NCBI GenBank assembly: GCA_963796055.1
Contig: CAWCKH010000004.1
Coordinates: 1,568,001-1,632,000, forward strand
Direction: 5' to 3'
Origin: an uncultured delta proteobacterium
GTDB taxonomy: Bacteria; Myxococcota; Myxococcia; Myxococcales; Myxococcaceae
Length of the DNA stretch: 64,000 bases
The translations under genes were made by a program, and so were the position numbers. Below are positions 1 to 9,893 of this stretch, one piece after another. Within the stretch, counting starts at the first letter, position 1. Each line of letters begins with the position of its first letter. Below the pieces are notes generated by a model. The model saw only the letters and a list, made by a program, of their open reading frames with translations, was not told where the DNA came from and did not search any database.

Positions 1-3000
1 CGATCGCTCCGTCCTTCCACTCCAGCCGCCCCTGCCCCTGCGGGCTGCCGACGGTACCGCTTGCCCGGGCGTCGATGTCCAGGGTGCCCGCCACCTTCCG
101 CAGGGTGGTGGTGAATCCGGTGAGGAAGGCCAGCTCGAACCTCTGCGCCACGACGGTGGCCTGGAACGGCGCGCTGGCGGGCTTCAGCCCGCGACGGAGC
201 GCCGGATACGAGAGGTCCAGGTCGGCCGTGGCGTCCACGTTCAGCGAGCCGCCGTCGAGGGACGCCAGCGCCACGCGCAGCCGGCTCCGGGCCTGCTGGT
301 AGTCGAGCTTCACCTCCGCCTTGCCCAGCGGCGTCTGCCCGGCCCCGAGCTGCGCTGTCCGCGCCTCGGCCACCAGTGTCGGGGCCTGGAGCGAGCCGCG
401 GCCCTGCAGCGTGGCCTCCAGCGTTCCGCGGAGCCGCCGTGCGAGGCGGCCCTCGCCCACCACGATGGGCAGGCGCGAAAGCTCCAGCGGACCGAACTTC
501 CCGTCCACCTGCACCGGGACCTGGTCGAACGCCTTCCCGCTCTGGAGGTCCGCCGGCGAGGTCCCCACGTCGAGCTTCACGTTGGCCAGTGTGCCGTGGG
601 CGTCGTGCGCCTCCAGCACCGCGGCGATGCCCTTCTGCGCCTTCACCTCCAGGGTGAGGTCGGTCGGATCCATCGGCGGCGTCTGGAGCTGCTGCGTCTG
701 CAGCTTCAGCTCCCCGGTGGGCGCGCTCACCGTGCCGGCGAGGTCGGCGCTGAGCGAGACCGCGCCCGACACGTCGCGGGGGAGGAGCCCGGCCTCGCGC
801 AGCGGTTTGAGCTGCAGGCCGGCGATACGGGCCCGGGCCTGCAGCTCGGCCATCCGAAGCGTCTCGGCCGGACGGGCGTCCGAGACCAGCCGCGCCAGCG
901 AGCGTCCGACGGACGCCTGCACGTCGACCGTGCCCTGGAGCGCGGTGCCCTTGGCCGAGACCGAGAGGTTCCCCCGCTCGGGGCCGTCCACCGCGAGCGT
1001 GAGGTCGGTGGGCGGCAGCTGCCGGTAACGGAGCCCGTGAGTGCGGGCAGCGGCCTGCAGCACCGGTGTGTCGGCATGGCCCGAGAGGTCGAGCTGCAGC
1101 TCGGCAGTGCCGCTCAGCTCGGCCCGGTCCTCGTCGCACCCCCAGGCGATGAGCTTCATCCGGACCGCGGTGCAGACCACCTGGGCAACGTCGAAGGCGG
1201 GCATCACGATGCGCGCCCGCACCGGTTCGTGCTTGCGCCGGCGCAGCGCGTCCACCGGCAGGTCCACGTCCGCCGTCAGCTCGGTTCCCAGCCCGCGCGC
1301 CGCGAGCTGCGCCTTCGCCCGCCGGGAGATCCACGAGGCGCTCCCCTTGAGGAAGAGATGCTGCACCTTGCCCACGCTGACGTCGGCCGCGTCGACCGTG
1401 GCCTCCAGCGACGGGTCGGCGAGGCTCCCGCGCGCGTGGGCGTCGAGCGTCACCCGGCCGGCGAGCGGGAAGTTGGGCGGCATCAGCGCATGCGGGAGCT
1501 TCCCCAGGTCGAGCGCCTCGAGCCCAACCGCCGCGTCCACCCGGTTGCCGCGCTTCCAGCCGCCGAGCCGGATCGCCTGCTCGTTGGCCACGAGCCGCAT
1601 CGGCTCGAGCGAGGTGTCGTTGGGAGCGAACCGCAGATGGGCGGCCTCCTGCATCACCCACGACGCCTCGGGATACCGGATGGTGAGCGTCTCCATCGCG
1701 ATGCCCCGGCGGTCCTCGTCCATCGTCCCGCCGAGGTGCACCTCGAGCGGCAGGAACCCGCCCGTGCCGCCGTGGAAGTCCAGCGCGTGGCCGCGGGTCA
1801 GGAGGGTGAACGAGACCGGCTTCAGCACCCGCTCGCCCAGCCGGAGCTCCTGGGCCCCGACCTGCGCGTTGGCGTCGAGGGGCTTGTCGACGTCCGGTAC
1901 GTGGGCCGACAGCGTGAGGGCGCGAACCCGGACGTCGTTGATCCGCAGCGAGGGGAACTTTCCCTCCGCGCTGACTCCCGGGTGCCGGAGCGGCCCGCTC
2001 GCCTCGACGTGCAGCGTCCCCGAGCCGGCCAGCGGCGGGAAGCGCGACGCCGAGAGGCTGCCGAACGTCTTTCCGAGCAGCGCGAGGTCCATCGCCTCCG
2101 CGTCGACCGAGGCTTCGAACTTGCGGGTCGTCCCCCGCCCGCGACCCTGCAGGCGGAGCCCGGGGAGGACGGCGCGGAGCTCGCGGAGGTCGAACGTGCC
2201 CCGGTTCGCGGTGGCGTGCAGCTCGACCGGGCCGACGGTCGCCTTCCGCACCTCGCTCGGCGGCACCGAGAGGTCCACCGCGCCGCTGAGCGTCTCCAGG
2301 CTCTTGCCGCCCCCGCGCACGTCCGCGGTGAGGGCGAGGTCGCTTGCCGGCCCTTCGGTGAGCAGCTGGGCGAGGTTGACGTGGCGCAGCTCGAGGTGGC
2401 CCTTCTCCAGGGTGGCCGCCTCCACGTCCCCGCGTGCCTGCAGCGCGAGCTGAGTGGTGCCGGCCCGCCCCTGGAGGTCTGCCCGGGCCACGTTTCCGTC
2501 CAGGCCACCCTCGCCGGAGAGTTCCACCGGGACGCTCGGGCTCCACGCCGGGGTGAGCGCCCGCCCCACGGCCGGCGGAACGACCAGCCGGTCCAGCCGG
2601 GCCTGGGCCGCGGTGCCCCGCTTGCTTCCCGAGGCGCGGAGGACCAACCCGGCGAGGCCGAGGTCCACCGAGGCGTCGAGCGCCTTCCCGTCACCCTTGC
2701 CGCGGACGGCGAGCTGGAGGGGTCCCTGCAGGAGCCCGGAGACGCCCGCGCGTCCGTCGAGCTGACCGTCGAAGGCGCCCGTGGGCCCCGCGTACCGCCC
2801 GCCGGCGCGCAGCTCGAGGCCGGTGAGCGCCACCACCCGGGCCTCCGCGCCCTTTCCCTGGACCAGCCGCACCGCGCCCCGGTTGAGCTCGAGGCTGTCC
2901 ACCACGAAGGTGAACGGGAGCGGCCCGGACGACGGCTCGGCCGGCTTGGGGTTCCGGGCGGCGATGGCCCGGGTGAGGTTCATCCCCTCGTCGTCCAACG

Positions 3001-3424
3001 TCAGCCAGAGCTCGGGGTGCTCGATGCGGACCAGGCCGAGGTGCACCGTCCTGCCGAACAACGCGAGCAGCGCGGCCCGGACCTCGAGCAGGTCCACGTG
3101 GGCCACCCGCTCGCCCTCGGGCGTCTCCAGGGTGACGTCCCGGAGCACGATGTGCCCTCCGTGGATCTCCAGCGAGCCCGCGGTGAGCTTGCCGGCGATC
3201 GCCTCGTTGGCCGCCCGCAGGCCGAAGGCGAGGACGCGGGCGCTCCCTGCCTCGGTGTGCACGTAGACCAGCACCCCGGCGAGGACGAGCACCCCCAGCG
3301 CGAACAGGCCCAGCACCCCGCCCGCGAGCCACCGGAGCCAGCGGCGGCGCGGGCGGACGGCCGGCCCCGGCGGCTCCGGAGGGGCCGGTGGAGGCTGCTC
3401 GGGACTCCTGGGCTGCTCCCTCAC
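1..3424 (-). CDS. tamB: Translocation/assembly module TamB-like (AsmA superfamily) protein, C-terminus runs off the window
   Basis: Absent from the ORF track because it has no stop in the window. GTG at 3424 directly follows the tamA stop. It reads MREQPRSPEQPP...RRRWLRWLAGGVLGLFALGVLVLAGVLVYVHTEAG (single N-terminal TM), then long beta-rich repeats. It lies downstream of an Omp85 gene. Confidence 0.85.
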   Translation of the reverse strand, partial: MREQPRSPEQPPPAPPEPPGPAVRPRRRWLRWLAGGVLGLFALGVLVLAGVLVYVHTEAGSARVLAFGLRAANEAIAGKLTAGSLEIHGGHIVLRDVTLETPEGERVAHVDLLEVRAALLALFGRTVHLGLVRIEHPELWLTLDDEGMNLTRAIAARNPKPAEPSSGPLPFTFVVDSLELNRGAVRLVQGKGAEARVVALTGLELRAGGRYAGPTGAFDGQLDGRAGVSGLLQGPLQLAVRGKGDGKALDASVDLGLAGLVLRASGSKRGTAAQARLDRLVVPPAVGRALTPAWSPSVPVELSGEGGLDGNVARADLQGRAGTTQLALQARGDVEAATLEKGHLELRHVNLAQLLTEGPASDLALTADVRGGGKSLETLSGAVDLSVPPSEVRKATVGPVELHATANRGTFDLRELRAVLPGLRLQGRGRGTTRKFEASVDAEAMDLALLGKTFGSLSASRFPPLAGSGTLHVEASGPLRHPGVSAEGKFPSLRINDVRVRALTLSAHVPDVDKPLDANAQVGAQELRLGERVLKPVSFTLLTRGHALDFHGGTGGFLPLEVHLGGTMDEDRRGIAMETLTIRYPEASWVMQEAAHLRFAPNDTSLEPMRLVANEQAIRLGGWKRGNRVDAAVGLEALDLGKLPHALMPPNFPLAGRVTLDAHARGSLADPSLEATVDAADVSVGKVQHLFLKGSASWISRRAKAQLAARGLGTELTADVDLPVDALRRRKHEPVRARIVMPAFDVAQVVCTAVRMKLIAWGCDEDRAELSGTAELQLDLSGHADTPVLQAAARTHGLRYRQLPPTDLTLAVDGPERGNLSVSAKGTALQGTVDVQASVGRSLARLVSDARPAETLRMAELQARARIAGLQLKPLREAGLLPRDVSGAVSLSADLAGTVSAPTGELKLQTQQLQTPPMDPTDLTLEVKAQKGIAAVLEAHDAHGTLANVKLDVGTSPADLQSGKAFDQVPVQVDGKFGPLELSRLPIVVGEGRLARRLRGTLEATLQGRGSLQAPTLVAEARTAQLGAGQTPLGKAEVKLDYQQARSRLRVALASLDGGSLNVDATADLDLSYPALRRGLKPASAPFQATVVAQRFELAFLTGFTTTLRKVAGTLDIDARASGTVGSPQGQGRLEWKDGAI

Positions 3425-5491
3425 TCAGTACGCCTCTCCGATGGAGATGGTCAGGGCGCACCGCCCTTCCGGAAAACCGCCGTAGGTGGGGCTCCCAGTC
3501 CCGAGCCCGAAGCACTCGGTTCCACCCGGGGCATACACCGGATGGGTCGGGTCCGTGATGATGGGCAGTGGTCCCCCGTGGTTCAACCGGTAGGCGAAGT
3601 CCACCCGGATCGGCCCGACGATGGTGTTGTAACGGAGCCCGAACCCCACCGCGTACTGCATCATCGGCCCCACGTCCCGGAAGTCGAACGAGCCGATGCT
3701 CACGAAGCCGGCGTCGAGGAACACCGCCAGGGTCAAAGGGCCGATAATCTTGTAGCGGAGCTCGATCGAGCTGTCCCACAGGCCATCGCCGCCCACCGGG
3801 ACGTAGGTGCCGTTCAGCTGAGGCGTGCCGATGTTGCCGACCAGCGGGTTGGTGGGGGTCGCGTTGTTGTTGGCCACCGGGTACAGGGGCGACAGCCGCC
3901 GGCTGCCGAACCCGCGGTGGAAGGTGCCGCCGCCGGAGAAGAAGCGCGCGGTGATGGGACTGGTCTCCTTCGACAGGAGTGTCCCGATGCGCAGCTTGCC
4001 CGCCAGAGTGAAGGGTCCCCAGGACTTGTATGCCCGGATGTCGGGGAACAGCCGGGTGTACGTGTAGTCGCCCCCGAGGAATCCACCGCCCTGCTGGATG
4101 CCCATCGACAGGAACCAGCCGTTCCGCGGCTCGAGCTTGTCGTCCCGCCTGTCCCACTCGATGACCAGCTCGAGGTACGAGAGGAACACGTAGCAGACCG
4201 GGTTGTCGGGGCTCAGGTTGCAGCCGTAGGCCAGCTGGGGCGCGCTGCCGGTGAGCCCGTTGGTGACGCCGGCGATCCGGTCCACCTCCAGGTTGTACGA
4301 GGGGTAGATGCGGAAGCTGCTGTGCGGCTGCCAGACGATGCCGGTCTTCCCGCGGATGCCGATGAAGCCGTACGCCTGCTCGAGGTTCTTGTAGAAGTCC
4401 ACCGAGCTCAGCCACTTGAAGTCACGGCCCGGGAACCGGGGCTGCTCGAACTCGGCGTAGAAATCGAAGATTGGGGCGTGCTGGTCGATGTTCCACAGCG
4501 CGGGGAGGAACGCCCAGCCCACCTTCCCGCGCAAGGTCAGCTTGCGAAGGTCACCGAGGAAGTTGCGGTCGGTGTACTCGGCGATGAGCCGGTACTCCTG
4601 CCGGACCGGGTCCACTCCGATGCCCCCGCCGTAGCGGATGGTGTGGAACGGGGCCTCGCGGACGTCGACCACCACCGGGATGACCCCGTTCGTCCGGTCG
4701 GGCGTTCCGGTGGTCACCTTCACCGCGCCGAAGACCCCCATCTGGAAGACCCGGCGCTGCGCCTCCTCCAGCGCCTTGTCGGTGAACCAGGCGCCCTTCC
4801 AGATGGCCCCCTGCGCCTGGTCGATGATGTACCGGACCTGCACCGACGGACGGGGACCGGTGGCGACGAAGATGTTCCCGAACTTGTAGCGGATCCCAGG
4901 CACGCAGATCAGGCGGATCCGCGCGGTCTGGTCGGTGGTCTCGACAAAGGCCTCGCTCTGGACCTGGGCCTCGGCGTACCCGAGCGACCGCAACGCAGCT
5001 TGCACCTCGTGCTTCACGCCCTGCCACTGCTCCTCGCGGAGCACGTCGCCCACCTTGACGGGGACGCTGCGGCGGACCCGTCGCTGGAAGTCCTCCGGGA
5101 GCTCCTCCAGGCCCTCGAGCTCGATGTGGCTGATCCTGGTCGGCTTGCCCTCGTTCACCTCCACGGCGAGGGCCACCCCGTTCCCCTCCTGCTTCACCTC
5201 CTCGTTCACCACCTGCGCCTGGTAGAAGCCCTGCGCCTGGTAGTACCGCTCGATGCGACGCAGGTCCGCCTGCCAGGCGATGGGGTCGAAGTAGGGCGTG
5301 GAGGCGAACGGCCACCACGACGGGCCGGTGGTGAGGAGGCGATCCTCGATGTCCCCGGACGAGACCTGCTTCGCCCCTTCGATCTTCAGGGACTTGATGG
5401 GTGGCTCGTCTGGCTTGGGCGGCTTCCCGGCGCACGCGCAGACCACCAGCGCGAGCAGCGCCCCGAGCCGCTGGGCCTGCGCCGGGCTCAT
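3425..5491 (-). CDS. tamA: BamA/TamA (Omp85) family outer-membrane protein
   Basis: POTRA-like segments (DLRRIERYYQAQGFYQAQV), FFSGG..HRGF loop-6 motif, GFGLRYNTIVGPIRVDFAY, C-terminal ISIGEAY; possible lipobox VVCAC. Confidence 0.9.
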   Translation of the reverse strand: MSPAQAQRLGALLALVVCACAGKPPKPDEPPIKSLKIEGAKQVSSGDIEDRLLTTGPSWWPFASTPYFDPIAWQADLRRIERYYQAQGFYQAQVVNEEVKQEGNGVALAVEVNEGKPTRISHIELEGLEELPEDFQRRVRRSVPVKVGDVLREEQWQGVKHEVQAALRSLGYAEAQVQSEAFVETTDQTARIRLICVPGIRYKFGNIFVATGPRPSVQVRYIIDQAQGAIWKGAWFTDKALEEAQRRVFQMGVFGAVKVTTGTPDRTNGVIPVVVDVREAPFHTIRYGGGIGVDPVRQEYRLIAEYTDRNFLGDLRKLTLRGKVGWAFLPALWNIDQHAPIFDFYAEFEQPRFPGRDFKWLSSVDFYKNLEQAYGFIGIRGKTGIVWQPHSSFRIYPSYNLEVDRIAGVTNGLTGSAPQLAYGCNLSPDNPVCYVFLSYLELVIEWDRRDDKLEPRNGWFLSMGIQQGGGFLGGDYTYTRLFPDIRAYKSWGPFTLAGKLRIGTLLSKETSPITARFFSGGGTFHRGFGSRRLSPLYPVANNNATPTNPLVGNIGTPQLNGTYVPVGGDGLWDSSIELRYKIIGPLTLAVFLDAGFVSIGSFDFRDVGPMMQYAVGFGLRYNTIVGPIRVDFAYRLNHGGPLPIITDPTHPVYAPGGTECFGLGTGSPTYGGFPEGRCALTISIGEAY

Positions 5492-7041
5492 GCCCCTGCG
5501 GTTCGGCCCGCGGCGTGGGTCAGCGTGCGCAGCCGTGCGGCAGCCTCCCGGACGTCCTCCCGGCCCTCCAGCTCCTCTACCGGCGCCGCCAGGCGGTACG
5601 CCCAGTTGGCGTCACCGACCGACCCGGGGAGGTTGATGCGCTCGGTCTCGCCGAGCACGTCCTGCCAGGGAAGCACGCAGAGCCGCGAGGCCGCGTGCTC
5701 GGCGGCGGCGAGGATCCGGGTGTGCACCTCCGGGGTGAACCCGGCCGGAGGCGGCCGGAGCCCCTCGAACTCGGGCCAGGCCTCGGCGGCGGCGGCGCGC
5801 TCGGCGTCCTCCAGCGCCTCCCACCACTCGCGAAGGGTCTCGGTGTCGTGGGTCCCGGTCGTGACCAGCGAGACCTCGGGGAATTGGTGCGGATTCCGGT
5901 AGACCCGGTCGTCCTTCTCCCAGCGCAGCACCCGGTACCCGGGGATCTGCAGCTCGGCCAGCGTCTGTCTGACGAACGGCGGGATGACGCCCAGATCCTC
6001 CGCCACGATGCCGCTCCCCTCCGAGAGGAGGCGGAAGATGCGTTCGCCCAGCCGCCGCTGCACGGGCTCGTCGGGCGGGAGGAAGCGGCCCTTGGGGGTG
6101 CGCTCGTCCCGGATGTACTGCCGGAAGTAGCCCACCGCGTGGTCCACCCGGCGCAGGTCGTAGTCCGCCGCGGCGTGGAGCGCCCGGAGGCGCAACCAGC
6201 CCCAGTCGTCCTTCTCCATCGCCTCGAAGTCGCAGTAGGGGAGGCCCCAGTCCTGTCCGGTGTCGGAAAACTCGTCCGGAGGCACGCCCAGCCGCGCATC
6301 CCGCCGGAGCCAACGGGGGTTGGCCCAGGTGTCGGCGCTGTCCTGGCCGATGATGAACGGCTCGTCGCCCGCCAGCAGGACCCCCTGCGCCCGTGCCGAG
6401 GCCCGGACGGCGTTCCACTGCTCCTGGGCCACGAACTGGAGCCAGGCGTGGAAGCGCACCCGGTTGCCGAGCCGGTCGGCGGCGGCGGAGAGCGCCTGGG
6501 GCTGCCGCTCGCGGACTCCCCGCGGCCACTCCCACCAGGGCCGCTGCTCCTGGTCCTCGGACATGGCGGCGTAGAGCGCGTAGCTGTCCAGCCACACCGC
6601 GCTCTGCCTCCGGTACGCCTCGAAGCGGCCGCCCGGGTCGGTGCCATGCTCCTCGAAGCGCAGGAAGGCCGTCCACAGGGCGTTCCACTTTACCCGGATC
6701 ACCGAGGGGTACTTCACCCGGTGCGCGGCCCGGGCCTCCTCCAGCAGCCAGCGCTCCTCGTCGTTCAGGGTCGACAGGCCCCCCGCCTCCCGGTACTCGG
6801 AGAGGGAGTGCAGATGGATGAAGAGCGGATTCAGGCCGAAGGCGCTCCGGGTGGCGTAGGGGCTCACGTCGCCGCGGGCGGTGGGAAGCAGCGGCAGCAG
6901 CATCCACAGCCTCTGGCCCGCCCCGCGGAGGAATCGGAGCCATGCCTCGGCGGCTCCGAAGTCGCCGATGCCGAAGTCGTCGCGGCTGCGGAGCGAGAAC
7001 AGCGGAAGCAGCACGCCCGAGACGCGACCGGTGTCGAACAT
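5488..7041 (-). CDS. malQ: 4-alpha-glucanotransferase (amylomaltase, GH77)
   Basis: [64 protein letters not shown]. Start could be 7041, 7059 or 7068. Confidence 0.95.
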   Translation of the reverse strand: MFDTGRVSGVLLPLFSLRSRDDFGIGDFGAAEAWLRFLRGAGQRLWMLLPLLPTARGDVSPYATRSAFGLNPLFIHLHSLSEYREAGGLSTLNDEERWLLEEARAAHRVKYPSVIRVKWNALWTAFLRFEEHGTDPGGRFEAYRRQSAVWLDSYALYAAMSEDQEQRPWWEWPRGVRERQPQALSAAADRLGNRVRFHAWLQFVAQEQWNAVRASARAQGVLLAGDEPFIIGQDSADTWANPRWLRRDARLGVPPDEFSDTGQDWGLPYCDFEAMEKDDWGWLRLRALHAAADYDLRRVDHAVGYFRQYIRDERTPKGRFLPPDEPVQRRLGERIFRLLSEGSGIVAEDLGVIPPFVRQTLAELQIPGYRVLRWEKDDRVYRNPHQFPEVSLVTTGTHDTETLREWWEALEDAERAAAAEAWPEFEGLRPPPAGFTPEVHTRILAAAEHAASRLCVLPWQDVLGETERINLPGSVGDANWAYRLAAPVEELEGREDVREAAARLRTLTHAAGRTAGA

Positions 7042-7115
7042 GGTCGCCGGAGTCTGCATCCCAAGCACCTCGACGCAATCGGCCGCGCGCCGGAGAGCAG
7101 GGCGTGGCCTGGACA

Positions 7116-7685
7116 GTGAACATAGCCGGGCCTCCCGGAGCTCCGCTGCCTCATTCCTTCTACGAGCGCCCGGCGCGGGTGGTGGCGCGCGCGCTGCTGG
7201 GCAAGGTGCTGGTCCACGACGGGCGGGCCGGGCGCATCGTGGAGACCGAGGCGTACGTGGGCGCGCACGACCTGGCCTGCCATGCCGCCCGCGGTCGCAC
7301 CGCCCGGACCGAGGTCCTCTGGGGTCCGCCCGGCCGGGCCTACGTGTACTTCATCTACGGGATGCACTGGTGCTTCAACGCGGTGACGGGACGGGAAGGC
7401 CGCCCGGCTGCGGTGCTGGTCCGCGGGCTCGAGGCGGTCGCGGGGTTCGACGCCCCGGTGCGGCTCGATGGGCCGGGGCGGCTCTGCCGCGCCCTCGGCA
7501 TCACCGGGGCCCAGAACCGGGCGGATCTCGCGATGTCGGGGCTGCGCATCCTGGACGCGCCGGCGGTCCGGGCCCGGGAGGTGGAGCGGGGGCCGCGGAT
7601 CGGCGTCGACTATGCCGGAAGGTGGGCCGAGCGGCCGCTGCGCTTCTGGGTTCGGGGCAGCCCCGGGGTCGGCCGCGGCCGCTGA
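7116..7685 (+). CDS. mpg: DNA-3-methyladenine glycosylase (MPG family)
   Basis: [60 protein letters not shown] start is inferred. Confidence 0.92.
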   Translation: MNIAGPPGAPLPHSFYERPARVVARALLGKVLVHDGRAGRIVETEAYVGAHDLACHAARGRTARTEVLWGPPGRAYVYFIYGMHWCFNAVTGREGRPAAVLVRGLEAVAGFDAPVRLDGPGRLCRALGITGAQNRADLAMSGLRILDAPAVRAREVERGPRIGVDYAGRWAERPLRFWVRGSPGVGRGR

Positions 7686-7756
7686 GCACGTCGACGTGGG
7701 CTGGTGGCCCGCCGCTGGGGTAGACCCCGGGCCGCACCCATCCCCGGAGCCCGCCC

Positions 7757-8944
7757 GTGCGCCTTGGTCATCGCCTGCTCAGCGTCGTCTGCGCCCTCGC
7801 GCTGCTCGGCTGCGAACGGAAGCAGGCCCCCGGCCCGGCGAGCGAGGCCAGGCCGGGGTCCACCGCCGCGCAGCCCTCCACCGGTCCGCTGCTGATCGGC
7901 ATAGTCGGCGCGCTCACCGGGCCCGAGGCCCACTTCGGGCTCGAGACCCAGAACGGGGTCCAGCTCGCGGTGGAGGAGGCCAACGCCGCGGGCGGCGTCC
8001 AAGGGCGGATGCTGGCGCTCCGCTCGTACGACTCGCAGTCCCGCCCCGAGGAGGCGGCGAACGCCATGACCCGCCTGGTCAGCCAGGACCGGGCGCTCTT
8101 CGTGGTGGGCGAGAACCAGAGCAGCAACAGCCTGGCCATGGCCCCGGCGGCGGCGAAGGGCGAGGTCCCGATGATCGCCCCGTCGTCCACCAATCCGCGC
8201 GTCACCTCCGAGGGGGGGCCGTACGTCTTCCGGGTGTGCTTCACCGACACCTTCCAGGGGCAGCTCCTCGCCCGGTTCGCCCGCGAGACGCTGAAGGCCG
8301 AGCGGGTGGCGATGCTGGTGGACCAGAAGAGCGATTACGCGGTGGGCCTGGCCAGGGTCTTCGCCACCCGGTACGGCGCGCTCGGAGGAAAGATCGTCTC
8401 CGAGGAGGCGTACGCCCGGGGCGACACCGATTTCCGCAGTCAGCTGACCCGGGTGAAGGCCGCACGGCCCGAGGTGCTGTTCATTCCCGGCTACTACAGC
8501 GACGTCGGGCCGATGGCGCGGCAGGCGCGCGAGCTCGGGATGCGCGCGACCTTGCTCGGCGGGGACGGGTGGGACTCCGGCGAACGGCTCGGGCAGCTCG
8601 GTGGCGCCGCGGTGGAGGGCGCGCTCTACTCGACGCACTTCGCCCCGGACAACCCCGGCGGCCGGGTGCAGGACTTTCTCGCCCGCTACAAGGCCCGTTT
8701 CGGGCACCTGCCGGACGCGCTCGGGGCACTGGGCTACGACGCGGCCCGGGTGGGCATCGACGCGCTCCGCCGCTCGAACGGCGTGGGCGGCCCGGCGCTC
8801 CGGGAGCAGATTGCCCGCACCCGCGAGTTCGACGGGGTCACCGGGCGAATCACGCTCGGGCCGGACCGCGACGCGGTGAAGCCAGCGGTGATCGTCAAGC
8901 TGGTCAAGGGGGAGCCCACCTTCGCCGCCGAGGTCTCGCCCTAG
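7757..8944 (+). CDS. Branched-chain amino-acid ABC substrate-binding lipoprotein (LivK/LivJ family), orphan
   Basis: Lipobox LALLGC; LTGPEAHFG, STNPRVT, YVFRVCFTD..QG, DFRSQL, GGDGWD, GYDA, GVTGRI. Confidence 0.88.
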   Translation: MRLGHRLLSVVCALALLGCERKQAPGPASEARPGSTAAQPSTGPLLIGIVGALTGPEAHFGLETQNGVQLAVEEANAAGGVQGRMLALRSYDSQSRPEEAANAMTRLVSQDRALFVVGENQSSNSLAMAPAAAKGEVPMIAPSSTNPRVTSEGGPYVFRVCFTDTFQGQLLARFARETLKAERVAMLVDQKSDYAVGLARVFATRYGALGGKIVSEEAYARGDTDFRSQLTRVKAARPEVLFIPGYYSDVGPMARQARELGMRATLLGGDGWDSGERLGQLGGAAVEGALYSTHFAPDNPGGRVQDFLARYKARFGHLPDALGALGYDAARVGIDALRRSNGVGGPALREQIARTREFDGVTGRITLGPDRDAVKPAVIVKLVKGEPTFAAEVSP

Positions 8945-9005
8945 ACCCACTCCCGACCCGCCGCTTGACCTGGGCGCGCCCCCCTGACAGACGGGGGGGC
9001 TGCCC

Positions 9006-9608
9006 ATGACGGACACCACCGTCCAGGACGACGATCGCACCCTCCTGACCCGCGCACAGGCCGGGGACATGTCTGCCTTCGAGGAGCTGGTGGGCCGGCA
9101 CGAGGAAAAGGTCTACGGCCTGGCAGTGCGCATGACCCGGAGCGAGGCCGACGCGGCAGAGATCACCCAGGACACCTTCCTCTCCGCCTACCAGCACCTG
9201 GGCGAGTTCCGCGGCGAGGCGGCGTTCGGAAGCTGGGTGCACCGGATCGCCGCCAACAACGCGCTGATGCGCCTGCGCCGCCAGAAGGTACTGGACGTCG
9301 TCAGCGACGAGCTCGCCGGCCCCGAGTTCACCGACCGCGGAAGCCTGGCCGAGGTCCCGGAGTCGGACTGGAGCAAGCGCGCGGACGACAAGATCCTCGA
9401 CGACGAGCTGGGGCGGGCCATCCAGGAGGCCACCGACGCCCTCCCGGAGGGGTACCGAGAGGTGTTCCTGCTCAAGGACGTGGAGGGGCTCTCCTACGAG
9501 GAGATCTCCGAGATGGTGGGCATTTCCGTACCCGCGGTGAAGAGTCGACTCCACAGGGCCCGGCTGGCTCTCCGGGAGGCGATCGACGTCTTCTACAAAG
9601 AAGTGTGA
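9006..9608 (+). CDS. ECF sigma-70 factor
   Basis: Region 2 (AFEELV..H..KVY..A; DAAEITQDTFL; FGSWVHRIAAN) and region 4 (LPEGYREVFLLKDVEGLSYEEIS..VKSRLHRAR). Confidence 0.95.
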   Translation: MTDTTVQDDDRTLLTRAQAGDMSAFEELVGRHEEKVYGLAVRMTRSEADAAEITQDTFLSAYQHLGEFRGEAAFGSWVHRIAANNALMRLRRQKVLDVVSDELAGPEFTDRGSLAEVPESDWSKRADDKILDDELGRAIQEATDALPEGYREVFLLKDVEGLSYEEISEMVGISVPAVKSRLHRARLALREAIDVFYKEV

Positions 9609-9656
9609 AACCGGGGGCGGTCCCGAGCATCATTGAGGCTGACGCCAAAGTCACAC

Positions 9657-9893
9657 ATGTTCAACTGCAAGGACTCCATCGACTCGCTCCTCCCGTTCCT
9701 CGAGGGCGAGATGTCGCCCGAGGACGAGGAGCACCTCCGGGCCCACCTCAACGGCTGCCCGCCCTGCGTGGAGTTCGTACGCAGCTACCGCGCCACCTCC
9801 GGGCTGTGCCGCAAGGCGCTGGTGAAGTCGATGCCGCCCGAGGTCGCCTCCCGGCTGAGAGACTTCCTCCGCAGCAAGCGCGAGACGAAGTGA
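9657..9893 (+). CDS. Soluble zinc-binding anti-sigma factor (zf-HC2/ZAS)
   Basis: MFNC...HLNGCPPC matches Hx3Cx2C; no TM; directly after the ECF sigma; GAGG upstream. Confidence 0.88.
   Translation: MFNCKDSIDSLLPFLEGEMSPEDEEHLRAHLNGCPPCVEFVRSYRATSGLCRKALVKSMPPEVASRLRDFLRSKRETK

Noticed and set aside
596..5902. 1768-aa plus-strand ORF and the many other long overlapping ORFs
   Set aside because: These are antisense or off-frame shadows of real GC3-biased genes (here tamB/tamA/malQ) and have no recognisable motifs.
9605..9889. N-terminal extensions in the ORF track (e.g. 9605 for the radical SAM, 16203 for the MCP, 24151 for the TPR protein, 21213 for argB)
   Set aside because: They overlap neighbouring real genes; downstream starts with stop/start overlaps or family-typical N-termini fit better.
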